From: Candidatus Aenigmatarchaeota archaeon
Lineage (GTDB): Archaea > Aenigmatarchaeota > Aenigmatarchaeia > GW2011-AR5
DNA length: 64,000 nucleotides
Assembly: GCA_016180945.1 (NCBI GenBank)
Contig: JACPAG010000001.1
Coordinates: 133,856 to 197,855, forward strand
Reading direction: 5' to 3'
The notes beneath the pieces were generated by a model. It saw only the letters and a list, made by a program, of their open reading frames with translations. It was not told the DNA's origin and ran no database searches. Every line of letters starts with the position of its first letter. Position 1 is the stretch's first letter. The position numbers and the translations under genes were made by a program. Positions 39,321 through 48,845 of this stretch are shown piece by piece.

Positions 39321-41042
39321 ATGAAGAACCCTGAAGTCGCCCGCATTCTTTACAACATAGCGATATACATGGAGATGCAGGGCGAGATGGTTTTTAAAGT
39401 AAGAGCTTATGAGAAGGCGGCGCAATCTGTCGAGGCGCTGGGCGAGGATGTGAATGAAATTTATGGAAAAGGCGGCATGAAGGCGCTTGAGGAAATACCT
39501 GGCGTAGGGAAAAGCATAGCTGAAAAGATAGAAGAATTGTTGAAAACAGGAAAATTAAAATATTACGAAGCGCTGAAAAAGAAGATACCGGTGGACGTAG
39601 AAGGACTGAGAAGAATAGAAGGCATAGGACCAAAGACCATACTCGCGCTGTACAAGAAGCTGAAGATTAAGAACATAGAAGATTTGGAAAAAGCGGCCAA
39701 ATCGGGAAAAATACGAACGTTGGAAGGCTTCGGTCAAAAGAGCGAAGAAAATATTTTGAAGGGCATAGAATTCATGAAGCGCAGCTCCGGCAGGTACGTG
39801 CTTGGCCATATACTGCCGCTTGGAAAAGAAATAGAAAAAAGACTGGCTTCTTTGGAATACGTGAAGACAGCAATAGTCGCCGGCTCTTTCAGGCGCAGAA
39901 AAGAAACTATAGGCGACATCGATATTCTTGTTGTTTCTGGCGAACCCAAAAAGGTAATGGACTATTTTGTGAAAATGCCTGAAGTGATAAACGTCTACGG
40001 CAAAGGCGAAACAAAGTCTACCGTCAAATTGGAAAACGGGATTGACGTTGACGTCCGCGTTGTCGAAGAAAAAAGCTACGGGGCTGCGCTGAATTATTTC
40101 ACCGGCAGCAAGGACCATAACATCTCTCTTAGGAGAATAGCCGTGGAAAAAGGGCTCAAGCTGAGCGAATACGGATTATTTAAGAAACAGAAATTCGTTG
40201 GAGGCAGGACGGAGGAAGAGGTCTACAAAATCCTCGGCCTTCGTTACATAGAGCCCGAGATTAGAGAAAATACGGGAGAGATAGAAGCTTCAAAGAAGGG
40301 TGCCCTGCCAAAACTGATAGGTTACTCCGACCTGAAAGGAGATTTGCAAACCCAGACAAGCTGGACAGACGGTTCGGACACGATAGAAGAAATGGCGCTT
40401 GCCGCGAAGAAAACGGGGCTGGAGTATATAGCCATAACTGACCATACAAAAGCCCTGGCCATGACAGGCGGTTTGGATGAGAGCAAGATTGCAAAACAGG
40501 GAAAGGAAATAGATAAAGTAAACGAGAAACTTGAGGGAATAAAAATTCTCAAAGGAGCAGAAGTGAATATCATGAAAGACGGCCACTTAGACATCTCTGA
40601 TAAAGCCCTTTCACAATTAGATATAGTCGGTGCAGCAGTCCATAGCAACTTTAATCTTTCACGTGAAGACCAGACAAAAAGAATAATAAGCGCAATAAGC
40701 AACGAGCACGTTGATATTTTATTCCATCCGACAGGCCGCATCATACAAAAGCGTGAACCCTACGATGCCGATATCCAGAAGATAATAGACGCCGCGAAAG
40801 ATACGGGCACGGTTTTGGAAATAGACGCGTATCCTGACAGGCTGGACTTGAAAGACGAACATGTGAAGCTTGCCGTCAGTTCAGGCGCAAAGCTCTGCAT
40901 AGACAGCGACGCGCACAATAAAAATCATTTCCGCTTTCTTGAGTTTGGCATCGCCCAGGCCCGCCGCGGCTGGGCTGAAAAGAAAGACGTCATAAACGCT
41001 TTGCCATTGGGCAAGATGCTGAAGATGATTAAAGGGGAATAA
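39321..41042 (+). CDS. polX: DNA polymerase X with PHP domain
   Basis: HhH repeats, GSFRR, GDID, FTGSKDHN, TDH and DSDAH motifs. Confidence 0.92.
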   Translation: MKNPEVARILYNIAIYMEMQGEMVFKVRAYEKAAQSVEALGEDVNEIYGKGGMKALEEIPGVGKSIAEKIEELLKTGKLKYYEALKKKIPVDVEGLRRIEGIGPKTILALYKKLKIKNIEDLEKAAKSGKIRTLEGFGQKSEENILKGIEFMKRSSGRYVLGHILPLGKEIEKRLASLEYVKTAIVAGSFRRRKETIGDIDILVVSGEPKKVMDYFVKMPEVINVYGKGETKSTVKLENGIDVDVRVVEEKSYGAALNYFTGSKDHNISLRRIAVEKGLKLSEYGLFKKQKFVGGRTEEEVYKILGLRYIEPEIRENTGEIEASKKGALPKLIGYSDLKGDLQTQTSWTDGSDTIEEMALAAKKTGLEYIAITDHTKALAMTGGLDESKIAKQGKEIDKVNEKLEGIKILKGAEVNIMKDGHLDISDKALSQLDIVGAAVHSNFNLSREDQTKRIISAISNEHVDILFHPTGRIIQKREPYDADIQKIIDAAKDTGTVLEIDAYPDRLDLKDEHVKLAVSSGAKLCIDSDAHNKNHFRFLEFGIAQARRGWAEKKDVINALPLGKMLKMIKGE

Positions 41043-41201
41043 GGCTGGTTAACGTATGCGATTAACAGAAGTTCGCCACAGGCAAATTTGGAGAAATTCC
41101 TGCAAGGGATTTCTCGGATAATCGCTGTTAAGTGAGCCGAGTGATAGCGAGAGTGCAAGGTGTCTACCGAACGAAGTGGGGGAGAGTCGCTTAGGGCGGC
41201 G

Positions 41202-41828
41202 TTAAAATAATAAAGTAAACATTCCAAATAATATGAAGAGAATAGCAGTGACAATTTTTATTGTTTGTCTTGGAATCTTCTCTGCGACTTTGCTGCCAAC
41301 AAAAACATTTAATCCTATTACTATTGCGAGTGCTGAAACAAATCCAATAAAAATAGGTATAGGCACTAAGTACTTGGCAGCTAATAAACCAGAAGCTATT
41401 TGTGTTTTATCACCAAATTCGCTAAGTAAAACTGTTAGAAATGACGTTATTAAAGGGGTTTTGCTCAAAATTTTTTTGTCTGCCTTCTTGGATTTCTTAA
41501 AATAGAGTTTAACAAAGGCCCAGATTCCTAAAAGCACGAATAGAACGCCTACCCCGTTTTTGATTAGGCTTGATGATAACGAAAAACCGGAAAAAGCTCC
41601 TAATGCAATAGCAATTCCATCCATAACTGCATGAGCCAATAATGCTCCAGAAAATACTCTGAAAGGAGATTTATATTTTATTGCTAATCCGAGAATGACC
41701 AATTGTGTTTTATCAGCTATTTCAGAAGATTTATATTTTATTGCTAATCCGAGAATGACCAATTGTGTTTTATCAGCTATTTCAGAAATTAAGGCTAGTA
41801 TAAAAGCGGCAACAAATGGTTCAATCAT
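41202..41828 (-). CDS. TMEM165/GDT1 (UPF0016) cation antiporter with an in-frame 20-aa duplication
   Basis: EIADKTQ and EFGDKTQ motifs; AT-rich. Confidence 0.85.
   Translation of the reverse strand: MIEPFVAAFILALISEIADKTQLVILGLAIKYKSSEIADKTQLVILGLAIKYKSPFRVFSGALLAHAVMDGIAIALGAFSGFSLSSSLIKNGVGVLFVLLGIWAFVKLYFKKSKKADKKILSKTPLITSFLTVLLSEFGDKTQIASGLLAAKYLVPIPIFIGFVSALAIVIGLNVFVGSKVAEKIPRQTIKIVTAILFILFGMFTLLF
41667..41787. repeat. Perfect 60-bp tandem duplication
   Basis: The unit encoding SEIADKTQLVILGLAIKYKS occurs twice. Confidence 0.9.
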
Positions 41829-41978
41829 AGTAATCTGTATTAAGAATGAGTTTATATAAAAATTTATTGAAAAGCCCGCCCGTAGCAATTTCACTTAACT
41901 ACAGATTATGCGCTATGTTTGACCTGAAAACATGCCTTTCTGGTATGTTATGCGAACCCGTCAATTAAATGTTTGCCC

Positions 41979-44762
41979 TCACTTCCAGTAAACTTTAGTC
42001 TTTGCGAACAGCTTTTCCGCCGCTAAAATGTCCTTGAACAGCTTTTCTTTTGCCGGCAGCGTAGCCAGTATCCGTGCCGCCGTCTGCGGCCCTATGCCGT
42101 GGCCGGCCATCGTCACAACGGCTTTTTTCCCGTAGACTATAACCAGGTCCGCGCTTCGCCTTAACGTCTGGAATTCTTTTTGTTCATCAGCGTTCAGTTC
42201 CTTTTTCTTTATCTTTTTCTTTATTATCTCAATCGACTTCTGTTGTCCCCGCCTTGCGACAGCCATCAGTCTTGAGTGGCATTTAGGGCACTCCGGCTCT
42301 TCGTCGCATTCGCGGACGCTTTTTACGACGTTGTATTCCGCGCAATTCACGCACATTAGCCTTATCCGTGTCGAGAGAAGCCTTTTTCTGAACGCGTTGA
42401 ATATCTCTTTCTCGGGCATCCGCGGCTTCATGACCTCGCTGAACTGATGCGTTAGCCCCAGTTTTCCCAGCTCGCTTAGCCCGTCCTGTACCGTGATTTT
42501 TATCTTTCCGTCTTTTATCATTCCTAAAACGCGTTTTGCGTTTTCCACGTCCATCTTTTCCAGAAATATTTCTCTTAATGTTTCTTTGTAAGCCGGCGAG
42601 CCCGCATACAGCGACACGATTTTGTTGAGATTTATCTTGTCAAACCTTACATTTCTTGATATTATGCCAAACCTCTTCGCAACGTGCAAAAACCTCCACT
42701 TGAACAGCGACGACCTTTCTATCTCGCTCTGCAGCAGCCCGTCTATGTTCTCCGCCTCCAGAAGAAGTTTTTTAACGGACTCGGGTTTTGCCACGGTCTG
42801 GAGAATTATCCTGTAAGGGTCCATTTTCATATTTACAGAAACCCCCATCTCTCTTGTTAGCATAGCCGCCAGATATCTTCCGATCGTGTCGTTGACCAGC
42901 GAGCCGGAACAGGAATGGATGATTACAAAGTCTTTGTAATTCTCTATGAGAAAATCCTTGTCCGTAGGGACGAGATGGGATTTTTGTTTCTCTATAATTT
43001 TTGCCATCTCGGCCGCGGAATTATAGTCGACATTATAGTTATTCATCACCTTTTCTGCAGCGCGGCTTTTGATATTGTCGTCTATAAAACTTCTGAGCCT
43101 GCCGACTTCCTGCGCGATTTCATAAGGAACAGGGATAAGCTCTCCTTCCCATGCCGGTATAGATGACTCTATGTCTTCTATCGGCTCGACTATGACCTTC
43201 CGGTTCTCTATTTGTATTATCCTCCACGCCCGTCCGGAGCAGACAAACTTTTCTCCCGGTGCGCCGTGCTCCGCTACAAACGCCTCGTCCAGGTTCCCGA
43301 TCGGCTCGTTCTCTATTATAGAGATTACACGATATTGCCGTGTGTCCGGTATGGTTGAAAGGTTCTCGAAATAATATTCCCATGCGCGTTTTCTGCGTCT
43401 GACTATGTAGCCGTCCTTTGTTTCCGTCAGCCAGATAAGCTGGAGCGTTTCAAGAAATTTCAGTATTTCAACAATGTCGTTTTTCTTCAGGTCCTTGTAC
43501 GGATACGCCCGTGACACGATGCCGAATATATTTTCATCTGTCGTTTCATAGTTGTCCATCGTAAGGCCGGCAATCTGCGTTGCCAGAACGTCCATGGCGG
43601 AGTTGTGCATTTTCAGCGGCTCAAGACTGCCTTTGACAGCCCGGCTTGCTATTACAGCCGACTCAAAAACATCCTCGTCCCCTGTCAGTATTACGCCCTT
43701 TGAAACATCGCCGACCTTGTGGCCGCCCCTTCCTATTCTCTGGACCAGTCTTGTTACTTGTCTGGGCGACAGGTATTGGACAATCATGTCTATCGAGCCT
43801 ATGTCTATGCCCAGCTCTAAAGACGACGTTGCGATCAGAGACTTCAGAAGCTGCGATTTGAATTCCTGCTCGCTTTTTATGCGTTTTTCCTTTGACAGCG
43901 AGCCGTGATGAACCGTTTGCTTCAGCTCCCTGTCTAAACTTCTCAATCTTGACGACAGCACTTCGGCCGTTTCTCTGGTGTTTGTAAATGCTATGACGCT
44001 TTTGTGGGAGTTTATAAGTTCATAGAGCCTTCGCAGTCTGGCCGTAGTATCCGGGCCGATAATAAGTTCGTCGGATATAACCTTGTCTTTTGCCGTTGGT
44101 TTAGGCGATTCCACGCGTATTTCATATTTCTTTTCCGATGACGCATGGATTATTTTTACGTCCTTGCCGAGAAAATTCGCAACCAGCTCGGGCGAGCCTA
44201 TCGTAGCCGAAAGCCCTATTATCTGGAAGTTGCCGCAGAGCTGCCGCAGGCGTTCAAGAAGCAGCGAAAGCTGAATGCCGCGCTTGCTTTCAACAAGCTC
44301 GTGAATTTCATCAATGACTACGTGCTTTATGTTCTTCAGGTGGGTTTTCATTATCTTGCCCGTAAGTATCGCCCCCAGAGTCTCCGGCGTCGTGATAAGT
44401 GCGTGGCTCGGCATCTCCCTCTGTACGGCCCGCTCTTTCTGCGTCGTGTCGCCGTGCCGTACTGATATTTCCAGGTCCATTTTGTCCGCCCACCAGACCA
44501 GTCTGTCTAAAAGGTCTCTCGACAGCGACCTCAGCGGATTTATGTAGAGGATAGAAATAGGTTTTTCTTTTTTCGCGCTTGCTATGTCGAACAGCGGCAG
44601 CATGGCGCTTTCCGTTTTGCCGGAGCCTGTAGGCGCGATTATCAGCACGTTCTTTCCGGAAAGTATTTCCGGCACGCCCAGTTTCTGGGCCAGCGTCGGC
44701 CCTGCAAAACCCTTTTTTTTGATGAGTTCCTGCAGCTTTGGCGAGAACAGTTCGAAAACCAT
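41979..44762 (-). CDS. lhr: Lhr-family SF2 helicase
   Basis: APTGSGKT, DEIH, SAT, HHGS, SLELGID and QRIGRGGH motifs; C-terminal Zn finger. Confidence 0.9.
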   Translation of the reverse strand: MVFELFSPKLQELIKKKGFAGPTLAQKLGVPEILSGKNVLIIAPTGSGKTESAMLPLFDIASAKKEKPISILYINPLRSLSRDLLDRLVWWADKMDLEISVRHGDTTQKERAVQREMPSHALITTPETLGAILTGKIMKTHLKNIKHVVIDEIHELVESKRGIQLSLLLERLRQLCGNFQIIGLSATIGSPELVANFLGKDVKIIHASSEKKYEIRVESPKPTAKDKVISDELIIGPDTTARLRRLYELINSHKSVIAFTNTRETAEVLSSRLRSLDRELKQTVHHGSLSKEKRIKSEQEFKSQLLKSLIATSSLELGIDIGSIDMIVQYLSPRQVTRLVQRIGRGGHKVGDVSKGVILTGDEDVFESAVIASRAVKGSLEPLKMHNSAMDVLATQIAGLTMDNYETTDENIFGIVSRAYPYKDLKKNDIVEILKFLETLQLIWLTETKDGYIVRRRKRAWEYYFENLSTIPDTRQYRVISIIENEPIGNLDEAFVAEHGAPGEKFVCSGRAWRIIQIENRKVIVEPIEDIESSIPAWEGELIPVPYEIAQEVGRLRSFIDDNIKSRAAEKVMNNYNVDYNSAAEMAKIIEKQKSHLVPTDKDFLIENYKDFVIIHSCSGSLVNDTIGRYLAAMLTREMGVSVNMKMDPYRIILQTVAKPESVKKLLLEAENIDGLLQSEIERSSLFKWRFLHVAKRFGIISRNVRFDKINLNKIVSLYAGSPAYKETLREIFLEKMDVENAKRVLGMIKDGKIKITVQDGLSELGKLGLTHQFSEVMKPRMPEKEIFNAFRKRLLSTRIRLMCVNCAEYNVVKSVRECDEEPECPKCHSRLMAVARRGQQKSIEIIKKKIKKKELNADEQKEFQTLRRSADLVIVYGKKAVVTMAGHGIGPQTAARILATLPAKEKLFKDILAAEKLFAKTKVYWK

Positions 44763-44795
44763 CGGTATCAAGAAGAAATAATTGGAAGAGTTTAA

Positions 44796-44940
44796 ATCTT
44801 CGAATTCCACTTTTTCACTGTTTTAAAACAGTGGAATTCGGGATGCAAGCAAAAGACAAAGTCTTTTGATGTGCCAAACAACGGATGTTGTTTGAGCATA
44901 AAAAACACTGCTATAGAATAATTAATTGCAGTGGTTTTTC
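44796..44940. repeat. Hairpin cluster including a B twin-hairpin (44846-44898)
   Basis: CAAG-CAAAAGAC-AAA-GTCTTTTG-ATG-TGC-CAAACAAC-GGAT-GTTGTTTG-A-GCA. Confidence 0.7.
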
Positions 44941-44987
44941 ACAAAACAAATTGCGATTTAAATAATCACGATGCTTAACTAAAGAAT

Positions 44988-46745
44988 ATGAAAACAAGGT
45001 TGCCGCTGGCCTTGATAGCTGTCATTCTTATTGCCGGCTGCGTGCAGTCACCGGACTTCTTAGCCAAATCCAACCCCCTAGTCAAAGATTTCTTGGAAAA
45101 ATACCCGAACGCCGAAGTAAAAATAGTATTCTTCTCAAAGTTGCAAGCGCAGAATATCATCGAATCCCTTAAAGAAACCTGCGGTAATCCTTACATGGAA
45201 GCCAAAGATTTCTATATAATTTCTATTGCAGACAAAGAAAGCAATTTAGTTGTAAGCGCAGTGCTGGATTGGAATAACAAGACTGTCGAATGTGCCGTGA
45301 AAATGTCCCCGGGAACCCCGTCAAAGTCGCTGCCAACAATGCCAGGGCAGCCATCAACACCCGAATATCCTCCTACAAAAGACACGCCAATTGAAACCCC
45401 CACCCCAACCCCAATAGGCGCATGTCCTTCATGCAACGACAGCAACAAATGTACTTTTGATTACTGCAACGAATTCACAAACTTCGAATGCAAGCACAAA
45501 GCCGTAGAGCCTTGCTATAATGATGGGAACTGTGAAGAGCTAGAAACAAACCTACCATCAGGTCCTTCGTGCCTAAATTTGGGGTGGGGTGCTGCAGGAA
45601 GAGTGTCTGGCGGCTCTTCTACTTGGCCAGTTGAGGCAGGATATTTTGACTATGTGGAAAAGATAAACAGCGGCCAGAATAACGACTGCCCTGCAACATG
45701 CGAGGACGGTAACGCAAATACATCGGATTATTTCGATTTCAACGCCCAGCAATGCAAACATTATGACTGCTTTGCAGCATCGGACAAAACTCCGCCTACA
45801 ATAACAATCGTGGAACCCAAGAATGGAACGACGCTTTCAACACGTTCTACCGCACTGAAATTGGAAACTAACGAAGATGCCACATGCTGGTATGCACTGG
45901 ATCCTTATCCATATAGTCCTTATTCCAGAAGTGCATTGGGAAAGATGGCCAACACAGGCTTCAAATCGCATTCCCAAGCTTTGAACAATCTCTACGACTC
46001 CAACCAGGTTTACATAAGTTGCACGGACAATTCTGACAATAAACAAGAAAGTAAGATTATTTTCTATGCGGCAAAAGAACAATCACTTTATCCTAAATGG
46101 GAGCAAGACAATGTAAGCATCACGCCAGCGAGCTTGGATTCGGGAGGAGGAGCAATAGAGGCTGTGATAGCCACCCAGGACAACGGCTCGCCGAGCATAA
46201 GCAGCGTTGCATTCACGTTGTCTACGCCCGGAGTAGTAAACGAAACAAAAACTGCCACCGACACATGTGCTACCGCAATTCATACAGGCTATACGTCTAG
46301 ATGCTGGAAAGCAGCATTCAATATACTCGCTAACAGTGGAAACGCAAATAGAAATTATACTATAACGGTTTCAAATGCAAATATCCCTGGTACGCGTTCA
46401 GGTTCTTTCACAGTGCCGTTTTATTCTGGACCGCCTTCGATTAAAGCCGACCATATAAATAACACAGTTGCAATCTATACATCTGTAAGATTATCGGTCT
46501 ACACTAACACGGATTCTACATGCAGCTATAATATGGACGTACTGAGCGGTTCTTCGGTCAAGAATTTCGGCAAAATACAAATGCCGTCTACGGGAGGTAC
46601 ATTTCATTATGCTGACTTGAGCGTTCAAGCCAACAGCACGTACAACGCCTATATAGCATGTACGCATCTCCAGTATTCTAGTACGGCTTTTGTAACTTTT
46701 AGGACAAACGAGACACTTTCTGAACCCAGTGTCTTCACAACATGA
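44988..46745 (+). CDS. Secreted lipoprotein-like Cys-rich surface protein
   Basis: IAGC lipobox-like leader, Pro/Thr linker, CNDSNKCT-type repeats, beta-rich domains. Confidence 0.8.
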   Translation: MKTRLPLALIAVILIAGCVQSPDFLAKSNPLVKDFLEKYPNAEVKIVFFSKLQAQNIIESLKETCGNPYMEAKDFYIISIADKESNLVVSAVLDWNNKTVECAVKMSPGTPSKSLPTMPGQPSTPEYPPTKDTPIETPTPTPIGACPSCNDSNKCTFDYCNEFTNFECKHKAVEPCYNDGNCEELETNLPSGPSCLNLGWGAAGRVSGGSSTWPVEAGYFDYVEKINSGQNNDCPATCEDGNANTSDYFDFNAQQCKHYDCFAASDKTPPTITIVEPKNGTTLSTRSTALKLETNEDATCWYALDPYPYSPYSRSALGKMANTGFKSHSQALNNLYDSNQVYISCTDNSDNKQESKIIFYAAKEQSLYPKWEQDNVSITPASLDSGGGAIEAVIATQDNGSPSISSVAFTLSTPGVVNETKTATDTCATAIHTGYTSRCWKAAFNILANSGNANRNYTITVSNANIPGTRSGSFTVPFYSGPPSIKADHINNTVAIYTSVRLSVYTNTDSTCSYNMDVLSGSSVKNFGKIQMPSTGGTFHYADLSVQANSTYNAYIACTHLQYSSTAFVTFRTNETLSEPSVFTT

Positions 46746-46761
46746 AACTTCCTATTCAATG

Positions 46762-47454
46762 TTAATCCCTCAGGTCACCAATCCGTCCGATGTCCGTCCC
46801 GTCCAACAGGTACGCATGCGCCGAGTTTTTGTTCAGCTTTTTCGCAATCGGGCCGTTGAAGCGTTCGTATCTCTTGTCGTTTACAACCATCATGCCGGAC
46901 AGTTCGTTGAACGATGGCACTATTATAAGCGTCTTTCCGTCTATTTTCCCGCGTACCCAGCACGGCGCTATGTAAACAGCGCCCAGTTCATCGGTGAATC
47001 GCACGTGAGGATGATTGTGGCCTATGACTATCCTTTTTTTGTCCGTCTTTATATTCCTGTGACCGTGGGTCAGCAGGTAATCGCCGACGATAAAGGATTT
47101 TCTGACAGAAACGTTTTTGCCAGCCAGCTTTTCAATATTGCCGTCATGGTTGCCCTTTGTAATGATAACCTTCCTGAATTTCAATAATTCAAAAAATTCC
47201 GGTATTTCTTTCGCTTCTAAAAATCCCGTCCCGATGGAGTGCTTTACGTCCCCCAGAATAACCAGATTGGTTGTTTTCGTGATATCCTTGAGCTTGTTGA
47301 GCCTCTCTGAAAAGGACTTTATCTGGCTGGGTATCGCCACGCCCGCTTCGTAAAGCTCCTTGGCTATGCCTATATGCAAATCCGTGACGACCAGATGCCT
47401 GCCCAGCTTCATTGCCGGATATCCCGTGACAAACATTATTATACTGAATGACAT
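46762..47454 (-). CDS. Metallophosphoesterase
   Basis: DLHIG, GDVKH, GNHD, HGH and GHNHP motifs. Confidence 0.88.
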   Translation of the reverse strand: MSFSIIMFVTGYPAMKLGRHLVVTDLHIGIAKELYEAGVAIPSQIKSFSERLNKLKDITKTTNLVILGDVKHSIGTGFLEAKEIPEFFELLKFRKVIITKGNHDGNIEKLAGKNVSVRKSFIVGDYLLTHGHRNIKTDKKRIVIGHNHPHVRFTDELGAVYIAPCWVRGKIDGKTLIIVPSFNELSGMMVVNDKRYERFNGPIAKKLNKNSAHAYLLDGTDIGRIGDLRD

Positions 47455-47592
47455 AAATTTTTGAACGTATTACCATACCTTCGGAGGGTAACACATAAAA
47501 CTTGGATGGTCTTTTCAGGATTACTTTCAGAGGCATGGAGGAAATTATAGTCATGCAAGGAAACAAACAGCATATTACATCCTTGCTGACTA

Positions 47593-47677
47593 CACGCAGA
47601 AAACAAAGTTTTCTGGTGCACCAACTCGAGGAAAGCAAAGCTTTCCTGAGTCTCCAGAGACCTTTGGTCTCTTGGAG
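47593..47677 (+). repeat. Partial B plus complete B twin-hairpin overlapping a gene start
   Basis: CAC-G-CAGAAAAC-AAA-GTTTTCTG-GTG then CTC-G-AGGAAAGC-AAA-GCTTTCCT-GAG...AGAGACC-TTT-GGTCTCT. Confidence 0.75.
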
Positions 47678-48757
47678 AAGAAGTATCTGCTTTTGGCCAT
47701 GCTTGTATCGGGCTGTATTACAGCCCAGGTTGTTGATAATTCTTCTATGAATATTCCAGCTACAACTGCCGTAAATAGTACAACTACCACCGCGGTTCCG
47801 TTGGTATCGAATGTAACATCAACAACAATAAACATTCCAAACAATCCGATAAACATATCTATCACTGGCATAAACCCGAAAGAAGAATGGGCAGAAATAA
47901 AGAACAGCGGCCCGGACACGGATATAACAAACTGGATTATTTCTGATAGCGCCAATCATAAATACGTTTTTTCCGGTGTCCTTTATTCAAACGCATCCAT
48001 GAAACTGCATACAGGTCATGGTATTGATAACTCAACAGACACATACTGGAACTACAAAATATCCGTCTGGAACGATGATGGCGATACGGCTACGCTTGCC
48101 GATGCCGGCGGAAATGTCGTAGACAAGTATACCTACAATAAATCAGACGCAGCTGCAACTGTAATTACAACGTCCGCGCCCGCCGAATCTACAGCACCAT
48201 CAACTGCATCTACAACTATCGCATCTACGTCAACAACTGCATCATCGACAACTGCCACCTCGACGACGATATCAGAAACAACTACAACCACTGCGGCAGC
48301 CATAGGTCACGTGATGCTTAGCGAAGTATTTTATGACCCTCTCGGTAACGAAGCCAAAGAGGAATGGATAAAATTATACAATCCGACAGGCACTCCGATA
48401 GATCTGGCTAACTGGACTATAAGCGACAATTCCGGCATCTGGAAATTCCCTGCTGTCGTAATCCGCTCAGCATCTAATTTGACAATAGCCAGGAATTTTA
48501 CTGCATTCCAAAGCATGACGAGCTGTTCGCCGGATGTAAGCGGCCTTACACGCAGCCTGAATAACGACGGTGACCAGTTGTTTCTGAATGATACCAACGG
48601 CGACGTAATAGATTTTGTCGCATGGGAAGGCGGCTTTAACAATACTTACCCCGCATGGAACACAAGCGCCATGGAAGGGAAAAGTCTGAGGCGCATTTCT
48701 CTGGCAGACACAGATACCATTGCAGATTGGGCAGAGGACGAAGCGCATCCCTGCTAA
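47672..48757 (+). CDS. Lipoprotein with two lamin-tail-like domains and a Thr-rich linker
   Basis: EWAEIKN...WNDDGDTATL and SEVFYDP...EWIKLYN...LNNDGD. Confidence 0.8.
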   Translation: MEKKYLLLAMLVSGCITAQVVDNSSMNIPATTAVNSTTTTAVPLVSNVTSTTINIPNNPINISITGINPKEEWAEIKNSGPDTDITNWIISDSANHKYVFSGVLYSNASMKLHTGHGIDNSTDTYWNYKISVWNDDGDTATLADAGGNVVDKYTYNKSDAAATVITTSAPAESTAPSTASTTIASTSTTASSTTATSTTISETTTTTAAAIGHVMLSEVFYDPLGNEAKEEWIKLYNPTGTPIDLANWTISDNSGIWKFPAVVIRSASNLTIARNFTAFQSMTSCSPDVSGLTRSLNNDGDQLFLNDTNGDVIDFVAWEGGFNNTYPAWNTSAMEGKSLRRISLADTDTIADWAEDEAHPC

Positions 48758-48845
48758 AGAATAAAATATGAATATTTATGCATTTTTGCATAAGAGAAAG
48801 AACTAGCTTTTTAAATCATTCTTCGAAAATATTTTTGGTGATTGG

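Larger units (their letters stand above)
41046..41956. mobile_element. Single-gene cassette 2 with attC-like flanks
   Basis: GTTAAGTGA (41127-41135) is the exact reverse complement of TCACTTAAC (41891-41899); flanks homologous to cassette 1. Confidence 0.62.
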
